64,000 bases of DNA, from assembly GCF_001194135.2 (NCBI RefSeq), contig NC_068987.1, forward strand, positions 24,517,587 through 24,581,586. The letters are read 5' to 3'. Of this stretch, positions 25,923 through 37,242 are shown one piece after another. Position 1 is the stretch's first letter. Each line of letters starts with the position of its first letter. The stretch comes from Octopus bimaculoides. Taxonomy: Eukaryota. The notes under the pieces are model-generated. The model was given only the letters and a program-made list of their open reading frames with translations, did not search any database and was not told the origin of the DNA. Position numbers and translations under genes: made by a program.

Positions 25923-27545
25923 GGAACGAAATGATGCTTGCTTCTACATGTCGAAAAATATTTGGCTGCGATTCCTTTATCGATATGTAGGCAAAGGCAC
26001 CTTCTTTTTCAACTCTTCTTCTCAGTTTCATATTCTTTTTGAAATCCAACAACATTTCAGCCAACTCAAAATTTTCATTTCCTGGTTCATAATTTTCTAG
26101 GTCTACAGACCAGAGTGGATAATCCATCTTTAATAAATGGCATAACTACAGAGTTCTACCCCCCAGACTTTGGAAGGTCATAGTTATGCCTAATAAATCA
26201 TTGTATCTTCTCTCAAAGTCTACATGAAAACCTTCAAGATGGGCAATGCATTCTGATGTAGTAGCAGTGGTGTTAAAAGTTTGAAATGATGCCAAAATTT
26301 TAATTTCCCCATATACCCTTTTATCTTCTGAGAACAGGTGACCAAATCTGATTTTCTACCTTGCAGCTCTAAGTTAAGCAGATTCACTGTTTTAAAAATA
26401 TCACTCAAGTAGAATATTTTTGATTTAAACTCAGTCTTTCCAAAATTTTCTGAGCTGTATCAGACAAACTTTTAATGGATAACATTTCTTCCCTTATTTC
26501 ATCTTCATGGATGAATCTGACATGGACCAGAAAGATAGCTTGGTTAATAATTATGCTATCATCAATCTGGATAGAAAAATTTGTCTTTTGGAGAATTTCT
26601 ACAATCTTTTCCTCAACAAAATTAGACATTTCATCCTGTCTTCTTGTAATTGTGTTATTTGAAAGTGGAATTGTACTCCGAGTAAATGCAGCATCTTTTC
26701 CCAGAACCTCATTTGCACATGCTATCATAGCAGGCTTGACAAGTTTCTCACCATAGAGCTGAGGTGCTGCAACCTTGGCAATAATTTCAGAGACCAAATA
26801 ACTTGGTTTGAGTGTCTTTGCTTTTTCAGTATTTATCTTCTTTACAAAGTCAGGTAGTTTGATTGGCTGTATTTTCTTTTTATTCTCAAAATATTCCCTG
26901 CCTTTACGAACAGATGATGGCTGCCTTAATTTCTGGTGCTGTTCCAGCTTAACTTTTTTCATCGAATGATTTGTCATGATGGCATCACATTCAAGACACA
27001 TAGGATTTGAGTCTACAGATACAAAACCAAACATGATAAAATCTTCTTTTAGTTCCTCAGTTTTACCTTCTTAGCAGTTGGTTCAGGCATTATTACAACC
27101 GATCTTAAAAAAAAAAAAAAAAAAAAAATAAGAGTAATAAATGCTTTATTTCTATAAAATAATAAATACTTTATTTCTATAAATTAAAAGTATCAAATTT
27201 ATTATTAAACAATATTGTGTAGTGATTTATTAAAAATATCAAATTTATTATGAAACTGTTGTGATTGTAAAATTTAAATTATGTAATTCTTGATTGTAAT
27301 ATATTATTGATTATATATTATATATTGTTGATACTTATGGAATAATTATAAAATTTTCTTTTCTTATTATTCTATTATTCTGTCTTCATATAAATTATTA
27401 TTAATTAACAGTGTCTTTATTATCGAACAATATTGTGTAGATCTGAAATGGCTTCAATATTTTTATGGCTACGAATTCTCTGGGAACCACTAGAAATTCT
27501 CTGGGGACCACTGGTGGGCCCCAGGGACCACGTTGGGAATCACTG
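25915..27545 (-). mobile_element. hAT (Buster/ZBED5-like) transposon, 3'-truncated and internally deleted
   Basis: BED-like CLECDAIMTNHSMK, IPLSNNTITRR, FSIQIDDS, and C-terminal HLEGFHVDFERRYNDLL...IISFPTT; CAGTGATTCCC terminus at 27545. Confidence 0.88.
26139..26190. mobile_element. 52-bp Merlin-type micro-element inserted in the hAT transposase
   Basis: GGCATAACT...AGTTATGCC with perfect 8-bp TSD TAATAAAT; removing it restores the transposase frame (DFERRYNDLLKMDYP). Confidence 0.85.
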
Positions 27546-28812
27546 ATTTATAGGAGTGTAGTGAGACATGTTAGCACTATTTTGTTCTGGCTGCATAACA
27601 GTTATGCTATGCCCGGCAACTTCCACTCGGCAGTGAAGCACACGTTTTTCAAAAGCAAAAGCCAATTGCTGTTGGACTGTCGAGACGAACCTAGTTTCTT
27701 TTGGTACTTGACAAGATGCAGTCTCTGATTTTTCGGTGAGATTCTGACTTGCCTTGCATGTCACTCATTGGATTTATTGCTTACATCTTGAAACTGGGGC
27801 TAATGCAGTTCCGCACCTTTCCTTGAAAAATGCATGTTATTGAAAAGTTTTTTTTTTCAGATTCCTATGTTTTAGATGTCGGAGATTACAAATATGCAAA
27901 AAAAGAAATTGGTGTTCCTTCGATATAACTCTACAAGATCAAAACATCAATTCGACTCTTTCCGTGAAAAGCTCTGCTATAACACGGCAATTCACTTTGG
28001 ATATCTTCATGACAGCAGCTGTCACAGAGATATCTGGAGCCAATTATCGAGTTATATCAAAGATATCTGAACTTAACTGTCAAAAGTTGTCGAGTTATAT
28101 CGAAGGAATGCCAAGAAATTTTTTAACCACCATCACCACTCCCCCTCCCATTAAAAATTTTGAACTTTTTCAAAATTTTTTTCTCCGTATGTTTTAGATG
28201 ACAGAGGTCCTGGATGTGCAAGAAACCACGTTTTCAAAATTTTAAATTCAATAAGCATATAGATAGGTGTATAAAGAGATAGATAGGAATGTCTTCCTGG
28301 GGCTAAAAACAACAGTAACACCGTCTTCTATAGGACTGCCACATTTAGTTTAGACAAATATACTTTATGAATAAACGAACAAGGATAAATAGATAAACAG
28401 ATAAATAAAGAAATGGATGAAAACGTTCAAAATTTAAAATTGGAGAAGGGGTAAAATTTGAACCCCTTATTAAACTTTATAACATTAATTATTAAATATT
28501 AATATTTGTTTCTCATAAAATGGTGTATATTTAAAGTAGTTGTATGATGTCAACTTAATGTGACAGTCCCACGAAGGGAATAATACTACTGCCATTTAGC
28601 CCTAGGAAGCAGCACCACTTCCTGTCGGCCTTGACATAATTCCTGTGTCCTTATGTTTACAAGGGGGAGACAAGCACCCCCCACCCAGCTAAGCCTGCAT
28701 CCTGAGACATGTTTCTGAGTCTTTGCTCGTCTGGAGATGTGAATGTGTTTCACTAGAATTATTATATGTTTACAAGAACTAGACGCATTGCCAACTAGCA
28801 GGCCATTGCTAC

Positions 28813-28855
28813 TCCAGACTGATGACTAGCAAAGACTCAGAAACATGTCTCTGGA
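28813..28855 (+). ncRNA. Minimal type I hammerhead ribozyme motif (Penelope/retrozyme type), copy 1
   Basis: TCCAGA-CTGATGA-ctagcaaagactca-GAAA-CATG-TC-TCTGGA: 6-bp stem I, catalytic boxes, palindromic stem III (ACATGT), predicted cleavage after C28849. Stem II is weak in this copy. Confidence 0.75.
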
Positions 28856-29156
28856 TGCAGGCTTAGCTGGGTGGGGGTGCTTGTCTCTTGTAAACATAAG
28901 GACACAGGAAATGTGTCAAGGCCGACAGGAAGCGGTGCTGCTTCCTAGGGCTAAATGGCAGTAGTATTATTCCCTTTGTGGGACTGTCACATTAAGTTGA
29001 CAGCATACAACTACTTTATCGCATCACTACTGCATAAATCTCTCTGCGAGATTTAGAAATGTATTATTTCTATTTTTGAAATCAGTGAATGTGTTTCGCT
29101 AGAATTATTATATGTTTACGAGAGCTAGACAGGCATCTCCAACTAGCAGGCCATTG

Positions 29157-31535
29157 TCTTTGGATACCATCTATGATTTTTTTTTTGACGTTTTTCCTTG
29201 CTGCCAGAGTGAGTTCGTGTTTTGCTTGTGTCAACTGTTTTTTTCTGTGAACTGTTTGTTGTTATTTTCACCCTTCGGGGCGGAAAATTTCTGTGGAATT
29301 GAAAATTGTTTTCTTGTCTAACGACAAGTATGGAGCTAAATATAGCATTGCAGAAGGAATTCTCCAGAGTGGGAGAGGTCAACCCAGTTGAAAAGTGAAC
29401 AAAGGAAACCAAGTTTCTCCAAGGCAGTGAGCAGAGGCTCAATAGAATTGGAAGTAACAGTGGACAAGTTGTTTCAGTATAGACAACTGATACAGAAAGT
29501 GGGCGAAAAAACAAAACTAATACTGCCCCCAGAGTTGATAAACGCAATTAAAGAAAAAATTAGTTGTATATAAAGTATACAACTTAAAGGAGAAGAGGAT
29601 AGCCGAAGTAAAGACGGATATTGTGGAGAGATGTTTGGCTCCAATTTAGCCAAAAGTTCGCTACGTTAGTCGAGGCACAAGAAGTGCAACTGTTGAAGTG
29701 CATTTCGACTCGGCTAACGTAGCAGAGGAGATTTCCACACAAACCTTAAAAAATGAAAGCATTATGCTGCTGCCCACTTACATGGGACGCAGAACGGCTC
29801 GAATCACAGTGGAAGACATACCGGTCGGGTATGATGTAATGTGGGTGGCAGCAGCGGTATCTTTTGACGCGGAATAAAATTTAAACATCCTGAGTATGAG
29901 GAAGGAGGAGGCAATCAACTGGAGAGGGCAGATGCTAGAAATAGTTGTTCAAGAAAGTTTGCCTGACAGTCCTGATCAGGAAGAGCTTGGACTTACAGAT
30001 AAGTACTGTCTTTTTGGACCCAGAAGGTAGGCTGGTCGTCCTCGATGTAACAAGAGTAAGCAGCCCTTCAGGTTGGTAGCTGTCTATGCTCCAAATGAGC
30101 ATGGGCAGTCTGGTTTTTTTCGGAACCTGGAGTACTTTCTACTGATGTCAAAAACAGTAGTTTTGTTAGGGGACTTCAACACTATCCTTGATGCATGCAT
30201 CGATAGTGTAGGCTCCACCAATAGAAAAGGGAATCCATGCTTCAAGGGTCTACTAGACCGCTACCGACTGGATGAGCCAAGCATTCCACAGTGGATGTGG
30301 AGTACCAACGACGGCTCATGCAGATCGTATATAGACAGAATATTCGTCAAGGAAAGAGATAAACATAGCCTTAGTTGTCCACAATTTTGTATTGTGCTTT
30401 ACATGGATCACAAGCTTGTGATGTGTAAGGTACAGGTAGATAAGTGTCATAGACAGGGACCAGGGTATTGGAAAATGAACAAGTCTATTTTGGCTTGTGA
30501 AGCTTTCCGTACCCTGATTAAGGAGTTAGTTCAGAGGGCGTTATGTGGCACCATCATTAATAATAGATGGTGGCACGCCCTCAAGAGAGCCATCCGTCTT
30601 GAGTCCATTAGATTTAGCAAGCAGCTAAGTGTAGATAGGACTAGAATAGAGGGTGACTTAGTTAAGAGCCTAGATGAGGCAATGGAATCTGGCTCCACAC
30701 CTAGAGTGTTGGTGGCGAGAATGGTCTTGTACCGTCACCTCAATGCCAAACATGAAGGGTGCTGAGTTAGAGCTAATGTACGTGCTGGGAAACGAGAAGG
30801 TATTAATGTAGCCAGATGGGCTCATCACGTGGAGAGTCAGAAGGGCAAAAAGTCCTGTATTAAGTCTTTAACTGACGAACAGGGTTGCAAGATCTATGGA
30901 CAGGAGGAGATGCGAAAGGCTTTTCACCAGCATTTTGTTCAGTTGTTCAGGGAGAGCGGTACGCTTGAGCGCGGGGAGCCCTTAAGGGACTTCCTAGCTG
31001 GCGGGCCTCGACTCTCGGCAAATGAAGCTGGATGCTGTGAAGGGCCGATCACTCCCACGGAGGTAAGAGAGGTGCTGGCCGAGTGCACTGGGGAAGAGTC
31101 TCCGGGACTGGATGGTCTGCCCTGTGAGTTTTACCGTTTAATGCCGGACTTGTTTGGGGATGTCCTGGCTGGCGTCTATGCAAACTGACAGCAGAATGGG
31201 AGTATTCCCAGTGCTGTAAGCCGTGGAGTAGTGACGCTGGTCCAGAAAGACCCAAGCAAGGGGGATAGCATTAGCAACTATCGGCCCATAACTCTACTTA
31301 ATGTAGAGTTTAATTTCTGTGTAATTTTAAAATGATAACCAAAAAAAAAAAAACAGATTAGTTTAAGTTCTCTTAATTTTTTATCAAGTTCTCAATTTTA
31401 ATTTCATTGATTAAATTGTACATAATCGTTAAAACCAAAAATTGTATATAAGCATGATCTCATTCATTTTGTGTAATTGTCTGTCTTGTGCCGTCCTCAT
31501 CTATGTGTGATCTGTAGTGATCATAATAAAGATTT
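29157..31535 (+). mobile_element. Tx1/L1-clade LINE, internally deleted and decayed (ORF1 remnant, APE endonuclease, start of reverse transcriptase (RT), 3' end)
   Basis: LVAVYAPN, LLGDFN and SYIDRIFV (APE); SPGLDGLPCEFY and NYRPITLLN (RT start); AATAAA near the 3' end; 17-bp TSD CAACTAGCAGGCCATTG at 29140-29156 and 31536-31552. Confidence 0.9.
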
Positions 31536-31556
31536 CAACTAGCAGGCCATTGCTAC

Positions 31557-31599
31557 TCTAGACTGATGACTAGCAAAGATTCAGAAATATTTCTCTGGA
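31557..31599 (+). ncRNA. Degenerate hammerhead ribozyme motif, copy 2
   Basis: TCTAGA-CTGATGA-ctagcaaagattca-GAAA-TATT-TC-TCTGGA; stems I and III carry substitutions. Confidence 0.55.
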
Positions 31600-32244
31600 T
31601 GCAGGCTTAGCTGGGTGGGGGTGCTTGTTTCCCCCTTGTAAACAAAGGACACAGGAAATGTGTCAAGGCTGACCGGAAGTGGTGCTGGTTCCTAGGGCTA
31701 AATAGCAGTAGTATTATTCCCTCCGTGGGACTGTCACATTAAGTTGACAGCATAAAACTACTTTATTGTATCACTACTGCATAAATCTCTGAGAGATTTA
31801 GAAATGTATTATTTCTATTTTTGAAATCAGTGGGTGTATATTTAACTTACATTATATTATTAAAGCAAACACAAGTAAAACGCAAATTCTTTTCATTTTA
31901 ATGTTTTTGTCTGTATTTAATTTCGATTTGTATATGTTTGTCAATTTGCTACGATCTCTTTAAAGTAAACAAAATCAAAAACTTAAAGGTAAACAAGTAC
32001 CATAAATGGTGCAGGTAAAGATCATGGACCACACTCTCATGGCGATTTATTTTTTTTGTGTTCTTTTTTTTACAGGAACATACTATGTCAAAGGTGGAGA
32101 TTCCGAATCTGCAAAAAAAAACCTGCATTTTAAAAATTCATCAGTTTGGATGAATTTCCCAGTGCAAAAACATTGAAATAGCTTAAAAAAATTTATTATC
32201 AGATGTTCTGTACAAAAAAAATGAGATGAAGCCTTGTGGATCTT

Positions 32245-32313
32245 TCATTTTGTCCAGCTGACTTTGGGAATATCAAAGTGTTCAGTGAGAGTGTCCAAGT
32301 GTCGGTTGAAATC
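32245..32313 (-). CDS. FAM32A: FAM32A last coding exon (DFNRHLDTLTEHFDIPKVSWTK*)
   Basis: Translation is the conserved FAM32A C-terminus; ttttgcag acceptor; TGA stop at 32247-32245. Confidence 0.96.
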   Translation of the reverse strand, partial: DFNRHLDTLTEHFDIPKVSWTK

Positions 32314-34635
32314 CTGCAAAACAGAATGAAATAAAATCAAGAAATGCTTCAAATTTTACATATAAAGCCAGAGTGAGGAACCTTACTAATACAAGGGGCA
32401 AGCTGCAAGCACATTAGAATGAATCTATGGGGAGACATCGATGTTAAAAGAAATAATACATCTTATATTTTAAAAGTTTATAGATATTTAACTTATATTG
32501 AATTACACTAAGAGGTGTAGTTATGGCACTGTAGTTAAGAAGTTCACTCCCCAAATATGTGGTTTTGAGCCCAGTACGAAGTGTGGCAACTTGAGCAAGT
32601 GTCTCCTACTATAGCATAGACTAGTGAATGGATTTGGGAGGTGAAAACTAAAAGAAGCACACCATGTATGTGTGTGTGTGGGTGTGGTTAAGAAGCTTGC
32701 TTCATAATTATGTGTTCTTAGGTTCAGTCCCATAGTGTAGCATCTTGTGTAAGTGTTTTCTACCATAAACCTGGGCTAACCAAAGCCTTGTGAGTGGATT
32801 TGGTTGATAGAAACTGAAAGAAGTGTCACATACACATATACATATGTGTGTGTGTGTGTAGACAAGATTGTTTGTCTTCCATGAAAACATGCCAGCTATA
32901 GGGAAAATATATTGCTAGTAAACAATGGAGGTTAAGTAACAAGAGGGGTATTTGGCTGTAGAAAATCTACCTCCAGAAATTCTGTTTGACTAAGCAAAGC
33001 ACGGAAAAGTGATGTATGTATGTGTGTGTGTATGTATGTATGTATATGTGTGTGTATGTATGTATGCATCTTGTAGGTATGTACACATACACACACACAC
33101 ACACTCTGAGTGTACCATATATTACCCATTATTTATTTTATAAAATAAAAAGTTTCACATTTTGGTTAATGAAAGTTTACAAGTTGATTGTTATATTTAT
33201 TCACAATATTTTACACATATTTACAATTCAAAATGGCCAACCCTTGCTTTCACCATAACCCTTAATATCTATTCAACTGTTTTATCACCTCACAATTCTT
33301 TATACCAGCCATTTTCAATGCTACGATTTGTTCACATTTGTTTGAGCCATCATATTTAATTAGGGGTAAATAACAAGACAAAAGAATGTTAAGAAGCATT
33401 AAACAACATTTGCAACTATTTTTGGAAATAAGAATGTTTGAAATTATTGCCATTGAAAATTCCCACTTTCGGCAAAAGGTACACAGTCTGATAATAAGCA
33501 AGAAACTAGAAATGCATTCATTGCTTCTACAAGAAGGCATCTTGAAATGTGCATGCAGTAGTGTATACAATCCTAGTACAGATCATATATGTTTGGGACA
33601 TACTTAACTCGCACAAAGGCTGTATTCACTAATACAATGTGTGTGTGTATGTATTCTGTTAGGTTGCTCTTCAGTGGCACTAGTAACATGTAACCCAGTA
33701 CAACCTGTTGCATAGATGGACCATCAGTAACTAAACTGACAACATCAACAAGCCTGCTTTTTGAGTAGGCTGGCTTTTGGACATCCTACAGGATGAAAAA
33801 TAAAGAAGACAAATCTGACAGTTTCTCTAAGGAATTTTTGATAAATATGAAATACAGTAGAATATCAGCCTGATTGTTTGCAGAGCTGCAACAACTCCAA
33901 ACATGTTTCAGCTTTATTAGACCTTTCCAGTAAAGTACAATCTAGCAGCAACTGCAAGATCTTAGAATGACTAGGGAGAATATAGGAATTACAAGAATAA
34001 ACACAAAACACTGAAATAACTTGAAAGAATGACTGGGAAAAATTGCCATGGATTGCCTGCTGCAAGAAAACTTTATTATATTAGTGGTTTTCAACTGAGC
34101 TCCATGTAAGACTTTTAGGGGTTCACACAAGCAAAATAGTAAATTGGGGATCCACAAGTAGTATTTTAAGGATCCATGGAAAAAATTTTGTTTTAGAAGT
34201 ATTTATTGCAAGGAAACTAGTTCCACCAGAATAGAGTAACCAATGGGATCCATAAATAAAGAATGGTTGAGAACTACTAAGTGGGGGGGGGGGGGCATTA
34301 GCATATGAGTGTAGTCAGCTAACCAACATTATTTCAGAAGAAACAAGTAAAATCGGATTGTGCTGACAAACCACAGATGATTTTACGTAAGTAAAAGAGT
34401 TAATGGGGAAACCAGTACACAATTAATCCTTTATTTTTTTATATATTTTTCATTTTGTCCTGCCCGCCTAAGCTCTGGTATTTTGCTGAATTTGTTCTGG
34501 AGAACACGATTTTTCTTTTGTGGTTGGGTTGTTGATGACCTCTTTCTAGCATATTGGATGTCCATCTAGTGGTCATCCCTTCTTATATGCATGTAATACA
34601 ATTTTTCTGAATTATCAGATTTTTTATATGCTAGA

Positions 34636-35435
34636 CCATCATCATCATCATCATCATCATCGTTTAACGTCTGCTTTCCATGCTAGCATGGGTTGGACGA
34701 TTTGACTGAGGACTGGTGAAACCGGATGGCAACACCAGGCTCCAGTCTGATTTGGCAGAGNNNNNNNNNNNNNNNNNNNNNNNNNNNNNNNNNNNNNNNN
34801 NNNNNNNNNNNNNNNNNNNNNNNNNNNNNNNNNNNNNNNNNNNNNNNNNNNNNNNNNNNNNNNNNNNNNNNNNNNNNNNNNNNNNNNNNNNNNNNNNNNN
34901 NNNNNNNNNNNNNNNNNNNNNNNNNNNNNNNNNNNNNNNNNNNNNNNNNNNNNNNNNNNNNNNNNNNNNNNNNNNNNNNNNNNNNNNNNNNNNNNNNNNN
35001 NNNNNNNNNNNNNNNNNNNNNNNNNNNNNNNNNNNNNNNNNNNNNNNNNNNNNNNNNNNNNNNNNNNNNNNNNNNNNNNNNNNNNNNNNNNNNNNNNNNN
35101 NNNNNNNNTTCACGCAGCTATCCTCCTCCATTCTCACCACATGTCCATACCAGCGCAATCGTCTCTCTTGCACGCCACAACTGATGCTTCTAATGTTCAG
35201 CTTTTCTCTCAAGATACTTACACTCTGACGGGTATTCACATTGACATTACACATCCAACGGAGCATACTGGCTTCATTCCTTGCGAGCTTACGTATGTCC
35301 TCAGCAGTTACAGCCCATGTTTCACTGCCATGTAGCATGGTTGTTCGTACGCATGCGTCATACAGTCTGCCTTTTACTCTGAGTGAGAGTCCCTTTGTCG
35401 CCAGCAGGGGTAAGAGCTCTCTAAACTTTGCCCAG
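34636..35435 (-). mobile_element. 5'-truncated RTE LINE (C-terminus plus 3' UTR) in a FAM32A intron
   Basis: AWAKFRELLPLL...RNEASMLRW...LRWYGHV; (GAT)n tail. Confidence 0.92.
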
Positions 35436-36309
35436 GCTACCACTGGTTTTAAATTGAAATTAATATTCAATTTTCACCCTCAGTATATATATATATATAT
35501 ATATATATAGGATAGACTTCTTTTAGTTTCAATTTAACTTGAAGCTATAGCAGTGCATATTAGTATAGTAAGAGTTGATGTAAAAAGACTGAACCCAAAA
35601 CCATTTAGTTTGGATGGGAACTTTCTAACCACAAAGCCATGCCTGCATCTTATTGTAACAATAATAGTGATGTTAGTAGTAGTAGTAAAATGATACTGGT
35701 GATGGTAGAAATCACTCAATTTCCAGACAATACACCCAAAACTGCCATAGATATTGCCTTAAAACCATACCAAGACATTCTTGGTGCAATTACATCACAA
35801 ATGAAAAAGTCATGGAAAGGTCTGGGTTGAATAACCTACAGATATCTTCACAGAGTCCAATGGGAATCTCTCATGAGTAGAAGCTATAGTGGAGGCATAG
35901 AAGGTAAGGCAGATCTAAAGCCTGAATGAGGACAGTGAAGGAAGTCTTCATAGACATGAGCCTGGCCAGGGAGCAGGCTCATGACAGGGCTCGCAACTGA
36001 GCTGGGTAGAGATTTCTCATCACTCAACACTCCATGAGGAACTAAGACTAAGACATTATTCAATGTGTCTTTACTGTTCTGATTTGCAGGAAAAGGGTGA
36101 GGGGGATTTTGCTGCTATTTCTAGCAAGTTGAATAGCATCAGAGAGACTTTCTCATTGGTTTCTTGATGTCCACATTTACATTAGTGATAATGAAAGATC
36201 ATGCTGGTGATGATGACAACTATGACAAGTGGATAGACGATGAACACAATGACAGATGGTGATAATGATAATTATAATGAACTAGAGCTAGATTAAAGAA
36301 GAATGTTAC

Positions 36310-36363
36310 CATAATTCGTTCCTTGTGTGACTTGGAGGCACGTTCCACAATCTGTTCAACTAA
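36310..36363 (-). CDS. FAM32A: FAM32A internal 54-nt exon (LVEQIVERASKSHKERIM)
   Basis: ag|TTA...ATG|gtaac boundaries; phase 0/0; corresponds to the MERILKKASKTHKQRVE segment of the family. Confidence 0.92.
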
Positions 36364-36459
36364 CTATAAAAGCAAAAACAAAACAAAATAAATACAAAGA
36401 GCAGATAATGAAAAGAGCAGAAACATGGTTAACAAAGTTTGAATGTATGTGTACACACA

Positions 36460-37240
36460 TAGGTTGTCAAGTATGAAATTTGAAGTAACATATATGGTAA
36501 ACTTTGTCAGCTGCTCATTTTGCGCCATTATTATATTTTGACAATCTTTATTTTTTGTTAGAAAGCTGACACATCTATTTCTTTATTCTAACTCATTCTG
36601 CGCTTTATAAAGTATTTATAAATCATTTTTTGCTATTCTTGTTTAGAGATGGATAAGTTGGAAATTCGTAGTTTTGAAATATGAGCTTGTTTTGGAAATA
36701 CAGTATCACAGACAGCTCGGAATATTAATGGAATATTTCATTCTAATGTTATTACACAGCAGACAATATCAAATTGGTTTGCAAAATTTCATTCTGGTAA
36801 CTCTGACTTCACAAATGAGCAATGCAGTCGACCAGAAACAAAAGTGGATAATGATGAACTGAAAGCCACCGTCAAGTCAGATCCATTTCAAAGTGTCAGT
36901 GAATTATTGTTGTTTGGTGTTAGCAAGCAAACAATATTGGCTCACTTAGTTCGAATCGGTAAAGTAAAAAAGTTGGATAAGTGGGTTCCACATGAACCCA
37001 ATGAAAATCAGAAACAACAATGTTTGGAAGCCTGCATTATGCTACTTTCTCATCACAAAAATGAGTCATTCTTGAATCAAATTCTAACATGTGATGAGAA
37101 ACGGATCCAATACAATAACCATAAATGTTCAGCATAATGGCTGGACAATGACGAGCCACCGAAACACAGTCCAAAAAGCAAAATACATCAAAAGAAGCTG
37201 ATGGTGTGTTTGGTGGTCTGGTGCAGGTGTAATCCATTAT
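36460..37240 (+). mobile_element. Mariner transposon 5' fragment, cut by an RTE
   Basis: KKLDKWVPHE...ILTCDEKRIQYNN. Confidence 0.85.
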
Positions 37241-37242
37241 GA

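Larger units (their letters stand above)
28535..31832 (+). mobile_element. Hammerhead-bearing tandem repeat (retrozyme / Penelope pseudo-LTR-like): inverted partial copy plus two 346-bp direct units
   Basis: Inverted copy 28535-28736; unit 1 28740-29085; unit 2 29086-29156 plus 31536-31832; flanking 13-bp direct repeat GGTGTATATTTAA at 28522-28534 and 31833-31845. Confidence 0.75.

Noticed and set aside
25894-26127. Convergent overlapping small ORFs (25587-25922 + and 25894-26127 -) suggesting a compact viral or Polinton gene pair
   Set aside because: Removing the 52-bp insertion joins the minus ORF to the upstream hAT transposase; it is the transposase C-terminus.
27560-28230. Possible piggyBac-like cysteine-rich tail and subterminal repeats
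   Set aside because: Too degraded to support: no intact motif, TIR or TTAA TSD identified.
28908-28921. 14-mer GAAATGTGTCAAGG shared between the ribozyme unit and the Penelope 3' region (about 48968-48981, minus strand)
   Set aside because: No extension of similarity on either side; in the unit it is part of a simple GACACA/TGTGTC hairpin. Treated as probable coincidence.
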